Source of the DNA: Candidatus Poribacteria bacterium
GTDB lineage: Bacteria > Poribacteria > WGA-4E > WGA-3G
Direction of reading: 5' to 3'
Assembly: GCA_965198235.1 (NCBI GenBank)
Contig: OZ240248.1
Coordinates: 3,040,001 to 3,104,000, forward strand
DNA length: 64,000 nucleotides
Under the pieces are notes generated by a model. The model was given only the letters and a program-made list of their open reading frames with translations, searched no databases and was not told the origin of the DNA. A program made the translations under genes and the position numbers. Shown in pieces: positions 57,704 to 64,000 of this stretch (position 1 is the first letter of the stretch; each line of letters starts with the position of its first letter).

Positions 57704-60700
57704 TTAAAAAGTACTGCCGAGACGAATGTGAAAGGCTCTGTCCGGATCTAAGGCACCCGGTATGGACACGAGTGGGATAGCATAATCTATTCCAGCTGTG
57801 AGGGCACCGAGGTCTAAGTAGAGTCCGGCACCGACAGAAGAGGGGAGTTGTGCCGTCGTATCGATATCCTCCAATGAATTCCAGACGTTGCCGGTATCAA
57901 AAAAGAACGCCCCGCGAACCATCCAATAGATCGGGAAACGGAGTTCCGTGTTAAAGATGAATTGCACATCGCCGCGATGTGTCCCTGTGCTATCTTCAGG
58001 ACCGAGAGAGCGCTCTGCATACCCTCGGACCGTTGTCCCGCCACCTACCCAAAACCGTTCAAAGGAAATCAATTCTGCGCGACGGTTTGAGCGCAGCCCG
58101 GTCGTGATACCAAATCGAACAGCCGTTGCTAAAACAAGTCCATCGATGAGTTCTTGATAATATCGAGTATCCGTGGTCGTCTTGATAAAGCTGGTTTCGC
58201 CTTGCAAGAAGCCACCCGCATATTCAAGCGTAAGCGCGTTCAGTATACCACCCGTAGGATTCAAATAACGTACACGGCTGTCATACGTCCAGGAGAATCT
58301 AACGCTGCTCACGGTTGTGCTGAAAGGATTCTGCCCGTAGGGGTTGGGTAACCCAACCCCTACAGCAGCGGTCTCTTGGATCGGTGGAACCGGTTGGTTC
58401 AGGTCACGGTAGCTATATCTTAGATTGAGGTGATGCGATTCGGACAAGTCTCTGCTGAGGATGAAACTCCCTTGCAGCGCGCGGACGTTATCGTCGACCT
58501 CTAATTTCTTGGCTAATACTTGTAAACTCCCCCGCGTCCGTCCGATCAACCACGGCTCGGTGAGCGTTGCATCAAAGAGATAACCTAACTCGTCTCGCCA
58601 TCCAAGTCTGGCGCGCGCGCGTCCTCGAATATTCCGATTAAAGAGAAAATTGCTGTCCGTTAACCCCAGCGTGCCGCGGAAACCCTCTGCGAAACTATAA
58701 CCGCTGCTCAAACCGAATGTCCTCGGCTTCTGTTTTTCGACAGTGATTAAAATATCGTTGATTTTCCTGGGACGGAGGTTAGGGGAATCTATAACCTCGG
58801 ACGATGGAGGTGTCCCTGTGCTGCGGGCAGACAGTGAGAGACGTTCATCTTGGACACTGTGAAAAAGCCCTAAGCTGTAGAGATTTTGCAAGACGCTACT
58901 TAACTTCTCTGAGGTCCAAAGGGTTCCTTCAAGGTGAGCGATTTCCCGTTCAAGCACGTGTTTTTTCACGACATCCGTGTCTCCCACAAAATAGAATATG
59001 CCGAACACTACCTGTTCACCTTCCGTATCCACAGTGAGACGAAGGACCCCGTGTTCATAAATCTCAAGATGTGTCGCTTCCTGTTTAAGTGTATACCGTG
59101 GATTCCCTTCAATGTCTTGGAGGCTCCAGCGGTTGCCGATATAGGTGGCTATGTAAACGCCTGTAAGTGTAAGATTATGTCTCTCGAATTCCGCTCGGAT
59201 TTCCGGAGGGAGTTTACCTTTCTCAAGGGGTGCCGAGAAATTACCCGTTACTCGAAAAACCGGATCTTCCGTTTCTGATATATACGAGTTACTAACCACC
59301 GCATCAATGTATCCGAGTTCGTAATAGGCTTTTAAGATTGCGTCGCCGTAGGCTTTCCGGGCAAGCGAGGCATTCGGCTGCGGGAGCGGGAGTTCACTCT
59401 GCAAACGTGCGAGGAGAGTCGCGGTATCTAACGCGTTGTTCCCGCTGATGTCGCATCGGTGAATCATCTCTTTATGTTCTTCAATTATTGTGACATGTAT
59501 TACAACTTCGCCTATATTTCGGTTGTTTGGATTCTGTTTATCGAGCGTTGTCTTGATGACTGCCTTCGGATAACCGGCTTTTCCGTATAAAATTTCGAGC
59601 CGATGTATATCTGTATCGAGTTCTGGTTCATAAAAAAGGGGAAACGCCCCAGCAAAAACACTCTGATCTCGCTGAAATAACAGTCTTGCGATGTTCGCTT
59701 GCAAGTTTCGCAGAAATCCGCCTATGGGTTTCATTGTCATCTCTCGCTTCAGTTTTGCATCCGAAAACGCCCGGTTCCCGGAGAACGTGACATCCTTAAC
59801 GACATAACGCGTCCCTGGGTTAATCGTAAGTCGAACACTGGATGCATCCAGTGTCTCCTCATCTACGGTGGTATCGTGATAGCCTTCGGCTTTGAAATAG
59901 GATTTTATCCGGCGTTCCCATATAGAAGGGGAGGCTGTGTTTATGAGAGAAATTATATCTTCTCTGAACGCATCTTGGAGCGATAAGGGGAGTTCTCCGG
60001 CATCCACAACGAAATTAAACTGAACCTCCTTGCCTTCATTGATGCGAAATTGTAACACACCCGTTTCAGGAACAAAGATTGGGGCGATGGTGGCGGTGGG
60101 ATAGTTGTTTTTATGGTAAAGTTCTAACATGGACGCTACGTCGGTATCCACGGCAGATTTGTTGTAAATCGGAGAGAGTCGGCTGAAGTTACAGACGGCT
60201 TTAAGGCGATTCGTTGAGATAGCAGTATTGCCCTGAATTTGCAATATTTTGATGATTGAGGCATCTCCTACAGTTATTTGGTAGGTTAACGTGCCAGCTT
60301 CGGTGAGGGCATTGGAGACTGTGACTTTAGCGTCAAAATATCCATACGCTTGACAAACTCTTTTGATACGCTGCGCATCGGTGTTGACGATTGTAGGTAC
60401 AAACTTCCCACCTTGCTTTGACCGCATCGCATTTTCGATAGCGTTCTTAAATTCGTTCTCGGGAATGCCGGAGAGCACAATTTGCTCGATGCGCGCGAAA
60501 GATGTTAGTTGGTAGGTTAAAACAATGCCGTCGGGCGTGTCCTGCGAGTATACCTGAATTTGGGAATACTGATGTGTCGCGTAGAGTGCTTTAATGCTTT
60601 GTCGAATGGCATGCCGAGACAGTAGTAGGTCGCCAGCGTATACGACTGTCTGGTTTCTGAGTATATTGAGCTGCTCTGTGGTTTCTTCCACGGGGGTTGT

Positions 60701-61213
60701 GTCAATATAGTACTCTATCTTTGCAATCCGTTTCTGATTGGATGCCCCACGTTGCGGGATAGCTGTTTCCTCTGGTCTCTTTGTATTGCGTGAGAGTTCC
60801 ACTGATTCCTGCGCTTCTACAGATTGCAGAAAAAAGCAGCAGGGAAACCATAAGATAGCAATCAGCAATCGGCAATCAGCAATCAGTTTCCGTCGTCCAA
60901 CGGTTCTTTCTTTTTCAAAAAGTCTTCGTATTGTCGAAAGTGTGAGTCCTTCAAAGAGATCGTCAAGGTGCCCACTGATGACTGAAAGCGAAGTGTGCTG
61001 ATGGCTGAAAGCGAAGCGTGCTGATGGCTGACGGCTATTAAAAGCGTCCCTTGAATTCAATGTCAATCCCGTGTTCCCTTTTTTCGTTCGTTTCAATCTT
61101 AATGGATACATTTTTTCCAAGTGGGTACTCCGCACTGATATATCGGGCATCTTCATCAAGCGGGCGATGAAAACTAAACGTGAACCCACCGAGTGCGCCT
61201 GAGAGCGCGGCAT
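57704..61213 (-). CDS. BamA/TamA (Omp85) family outer-membrane protein with multiple POTRA domains
   Basis: Repeated POTRA motifs (GN..., Y...GY), VRGY, ELRFP, FFDTGNVW, C-terminal F. The true start is probably downstream of the tamB stop (about 60870-61000). Confidence 0.9.
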   Translation of the reverse strand: MPRSQAHSVGSRLVFIARLMKMPDISVRSTHLEKMYPLRLKRTKKGNTGLTLNSRDAFNSRQPSARFAFSHQHTSLSVISGHLDDLFEGLTLSTIRRLFEKERTVGRRKLIADCRLLIAILWFPCCFFLQSVEAQESVELSRNTKRPEETAIPQRGASNQKRIAKIEYYIDTTPVEETTEQLNILRNQTVVYAGDLLLSRHAIRQSIKALYATHQYSQIQVYSQDTPDGIVLTYQLTSFARIEQIVLSGIPENEFKNAIENAMRSKQGGKFVPTIVNTDAQRIKRVCQAYGYFDAKVTVSNALTEAGTLTYQITVGDASIIKILQIQGNTAISTNRLKAVCNFSRLSPIYNKSAVDTDVASMLELYHKNNYPTATIAPIFVPETGVLQFRINEGKEVQFNFVVDAGELPLSLQDAFREDIISLINTASPSIWERRIKSYFKAEGYHDTTVDEETLDASSVRLTINPGTRYVVKDVTFSGNRAFSDAKLKREMTMKPIGGFLRNLQANIARLLFQRDQSVFAGAFPLFYEPELDTDIHRLEILYGKAGYPKAVIKTTLDKQNPNNRNIGEVVIHVTIIEEHKEMIHRCDISGNNALDTATLLARLQSELPLPQPNASLARKAYGDAILKAYYELGYIDAVVSNSYISETEDPVFRVTGNFSAPLEKGKLPPEIRAEFERHNLTLTGVYIATYIGNRWSLQDIEGNPRYTLKQEATHLEIYEHGVLRLTVDTEGEQVVFGIFYFVGDTDVVKKHVLEREIAHLEGTLWTSEKLSSVLQNLYSLGLFHSVQDERLSLSARSTGTPPSSEVIDSPNLRPRKINDILITVEKQKPRTFGLSSGYSFAEGFRGTLGLTDSNFLFNRNIRGRARARLGWRDELGYLFDATLTEPWLIGRTRGSLQVLAKKLEVDDNVRALQGSFILSRDLSESHHLNLRYSYRDLNQPVPPIQETAAVGVGLPNPYGQNPFSTTVSSVRFSWTYDSRVRYLNPTGGILNALTLEYAGGFLQGETSFIKTTTDTRYYQELIDGLVLATAVRFGITTGLRSNRRAELISFERFWVGGGTTVRGYAERSLGPEDSTGTHRGDVQFIFNTELRFPIYWMVRGAFFFDTGNVWNSLEDIDTTAQLPSSVGAGLYLDLGALTAGIDYAIPLVSIPGALDPDRAFHIRLGSTF

Positions 61214-64000
61214 TGTGTACGAGGAAAGTTATAATATCGGCATGTGTGAGGACTTCTGTGGTCGTTTCAGGCGGCGCGCTCAGGATGAAGTTGGGATTGC
61301 TTAGGGTGCCAGTAAAGGAGGCATAAACCTGAAGATCCACTGTGCTTCCATCTCTCGGTAGCACGCCTCGAATGCGGTTCGGTGTGCGGAGAAAAATATT
61401 GAGTTCCGGATCAAAATCGACGGTGCTCTGGTTACTGATTCGAGAGCCTTCGAGGAATTCAAAGGTCTGCGCAACGAACCCAATTTTTCCGCTGAGTACC
61501 GAAACGTTCCCACTGAAAACCGGCTCATTAATTGGACCGAAGAGTTTGCCTAAACAGGCGATTTCAATATCTGTAGGTCCTGTGATAGATGAAAGCACAC
61601 GAAAATTATCGGAAATGTTAATATCTACCCCATCCACATGTAAATCACGTAGAATTGGGTAGTCCAATACAAGTTCCGTTTCCTTGACCGAAACCCCTGT
61701 AAGCCAATCCCGAACTGTTTCCCAATTTTGTTGATAGTAGCCGCCCCTAATGTGTACGCTCCCTGTTAGATACGGGCGAAGAAGTTCACCGTGCAGACGA
61801 AATGCGGTGGAAGCAAGCTCAACCCGATACTGTCCCGGTTGTTCAAAAACTGTTGATGTGAGACCGGTGGACAAGTTCAACGTCGGGGGTTTCTCCCATA
61901 TATGTCTATCGGGTGGGGCTGTAACGCTGCCTGCAACCGAAAATTGCCCGTCATTCAAGGTGCCATCAAGTCTCTTAATATTCGCGCCTTTTTCTGATAA
62001 CCTAATGTCGCCTTCAGCCTCTTTAACTTCAATGCCAGCTTCCGGAAGTTCAAACCCAATATTATTAAAAACCACACCACCGTCGGCTTGTGGGGCTTCT
62101 ATCGTCCCTGTCAGTTTGATATGAATTTCACTTGTGCCTATTGCGGTGCTGAGTCCCGGAACCACAAACGGTAGCATGGTAAGGTCGTTTACTTTTATAT
62201 CCAAAGTCCCACGCATCGGGATCTGTTGGAGTTCCCTCCAAACTTTTTCTGGGGACTGTTGCAGTGCCGTAAGAAACGGAATTAACTCAAATTTGTGAGG
62301 CATCGTCCATGAGAAAGTCATTTGATTTTCACCAAAATTAACTTCAACGTACCGTTTCTCTGTAATTTCCCATTTTCCGTTCTGATATCGGATTCTCCAT
62401 CGCAGATCAATCGGGATGTCGTGTAGATAGAGTTCGGCGGGTTCGTTTTCGTGTCGCCGCAGGGTTATCTTCGGATCCGCACTGGTGCCGCTCATCTGTA
62501 GACTTCCCGACAAGGCACCGGTAACCCGATACGGCGCGGGCCACGCCCCCGTTATCGCTGAGACATCAAAATTCTTGAACCGAAGCGCGCCGTCAAATTC
62601 CCCGTTCACCGCCCATTTGCTTTCAGCATCAATACTGAGCGTTGTTTTGGCTGAAAGTGTTTGTTCATCACCACGTAAACCTTCAGGTTTTGTATCCTCA
62701 TCGGTAAAGGTCTGCTTGACTGAAAATTCATCTCGGTTTTCAAGAGTGAACATTTTAGTTAAAAACAAAGTTCCATCACTGAGAATTATCGGAGTCGGTC
62801 GCGGATCTTGGAAGTCATAACGCCGATCCATTGCCTTGAAAGCGAGGCGGACGTCATCAATTGATAAAATCGCATTTGAAACAGCCACGAGTTTTTTAAC
62901 GATTGACCCCTGGGCATCGTTCCACTTCGTTTCACGATGGTGTTCGGTGAAGTCAGAATCTTTGAGCACCTGGGGTGGGTTGGAATTCGATGAAAACCAC
63001 CGCGAAACGTAGTGGAGCGGTGACCGGAGTCCCATAGTTAAGAAGTTGTCGAACGGTACTGTTAAGGTTCTCAGTGTCGTTGTTAGATGCCCCTCTACCT
63101 CTTCTAACATGTCTGGCGATAAGGCATGACGGACAGTTGAACCGAGTGGGAATCGTTCTAATCTCAATCCTCGTAATATCAAATATTCTGGTGTTAAGCC
63201 GTCTAATGCTACCTGCCCTTGTTCAAGTTTACAGTCACCATCCCCTATGTCAAATCGGAACTCTGTGAAATCAATCAGGTCCTCTTGCACGCTGAGTTGC
63301 ATCTGCATATTCTGAAGAGGCTCGTGAAAGTCCTTGAGACGCAGTTGCGGTGCTTCAAGAAACACCTTTCCGACTGGATACGGAGAGTGACTTGTGCCTT
63401 GTATTCCCAAGTCTATGTCAACAGTACCATCTGCTTCTGAAAAGACGGTATCAATCCCTGGGAAGAAGTTGAGAGGCAGTTCGCTACCTCGAAGACGTAC
63501 ATCGATTGGTGCCGCAATAAATCGCTCAGATATATCCATCGCTTCAAATGTCAGATTAAACGGAATAACACCTGTGAGGGTTAACGTCCCTTCACGGTTT
63601 TTGAGTTCAATTCCGGTGACGTTTATGCGTTCATCTCGGTACTCGATTTTGCCTGTCCATTCCTTTTCATTGATCCTGCCGTGCCACTCTACTGCGATTT
63701 CAGGTGAGGTGAAGGTGCCTGCAATGTTGACCTCCGTCGTTGCTGTCATAGCAGGTGATGTGAGTTGTAACGGAATGTGCACAGCAAGGGGCTCTGCCTC
63801 TTCAGTGGTTCCCCCCGGATCAGATCTAAATCGGAGCGGTGCGCTGTTAGTGAGACGAAAATCGTAGCCATCAAGTTCCAGTTCGTTTATTTCACCAATT
63901 ACCGTAATCTGCTGTGGGTCTAAGCCTGTACCGCTAAGCTTAACATATCCTGAAGCGAAACCATAGTCCCCAATTTCTATTTGTGACGCTGATACATCAA
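61038..64000 (-). CDS. TamB/DUF490-like translocation and assembly module protein, 5'-truncated by the window edge
   Basis: Frame is open to 64000. Repeated GT..xP beta-taco motifs, FDPELNI, GTLSNP. Adjacent to the Omp85 gene. Confidence 0.8.
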   Translation of the reverse strand, partial: DVSASQIEIGDYGFASGYVKLSGTGLDPQQITVIGEINELELDGYDFRLTNSAPLRFRSDPGGTTEEAEPLAVHIPLQLTSPAMTATTEVNIAGTFTSPEIAVEWHGRINEKEWTGKIEYRDERINVTGIELKNREGTLTLTGVIPFNLTFEAMDISERFIAAPIDVRLRGSELPLNFFPGIDTVFSEADGTVDIDLGIQGTSHSPYPVGKVFLEAPQLRLKDFHEPLQNMQMQLSVQEDLIDFTEFRFDIGDGDCKLEQGQVALDGLTPEYLILRGLRLERFPLGSTVRHALSPDMLEEVEGHLTTTLRTLTVPFDNFLTMGLRSPLHYVSRWFSSNSNPPQVLKDSDFTEHHRETKWNDAQGSIVKKLVAVSNAILSIDDVRLAFKAMDRRYDFQDPRPTPIILSDGTLFLTKMFTLENRDEFSVKQTFTDEDTKPEGLRGDEQTLSAKTTLSIDAESKWAVNGEFDGALRFKNFDVSAITGAWPAPYRVTGALSGSLQMSGTSADPKITLRRHENEPAELYLHDIPIDLRWRIRYQNGKWEITEKRYVEVNFGENQMTFSWTMPHKFELIPFLTALQQSPEKVWRELQQIPMRGTLDIKVNDLTMLPFVVPGLSTAIGTSEIHIKLTGTIEAPQADGGVVFNNIGFELPEAGIEVKEAEGDIRLSEKGANIKRLDGTLNDGQFSVAGSVTAPPDRHIWEKPPTLNLSTGLTSTVFEQPGQYRVELASTAFRLHGELLRPYLTGSVHIRGGYYQQNWETVRDWLTGVSVKETELVLDYPILRDLHVDGVDINISDNFRVLSSITGPTDIEIACLGKLFGPINEPVFSGNVSVLSGKIGFVAQTFEFLEGSRISNQSTVDFDPELNIFLRTPNRIRGVLPRDGSTVDLQVYASFTGTLSNPNFILSAPPETTTEVLTHADIITFLVHNAALSGALGGFTFSFHRPLDEDARYISAEYPLGKNVSIKIETNEKREHGIDIEFKGRF

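Noticed and set aside
1-64000. tRNA, rRNA, prophage or integrase genes
   Set aside because: None recognised by eye; a tRNAscan/Infernal run would be needed to exclude RNA genes formally.

Overview
Bacterial chromosomal segment of about 50% GC. Gene content suggests a Candidatus Poribacteria-like organism (inference from several PhyH dioxygenases, LamG/WD40/dockerin proteins and four secreted proteins ending in a V(E/Q)xxxKLxxxWxx(I/L)K motif). Housekeeping and metabolic genes: lpxK, lpxB, argC, queC, DAHP synthase, leuA, pepA, a uridine kinase, a selenocysteine formate dehydrogenase alpha subunit, a NuoE-NuoF fusion, two GH32 hydrolases, a BMP-type ABC transporter and a TamA/BamA-TamB pair. 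Accessory material: two hicBA toxin-antitoxin pairs, an IS1, an ABC-ATPase plus small nuclease-like pair, several pseudogene remnants, and many REP/REPIN/MITE repeats, some inserted in frame in genes. Best non-coding observations: (1) a ~230-nt protein-free element resembling an IscB/HEARO omega-RNA, placed between a near-consensus sigma70 promoter and a gene, with ATGA at its 3' flank; (2) a (Leu-Tyr)5 leader-peptide attenuator upstream of aroF-leuA; (3) an in-frame UGA-Cys enclosed in a hairpin in an Ig-like lipoprotein, a candidate selenoprotein; (4) three tandem sigma54 promoters upstream of hsp20; (5) an A/C-rich micro-element family with one fixed end and variable length. All family calls come from recognising motifs by eye; no database searches were run.
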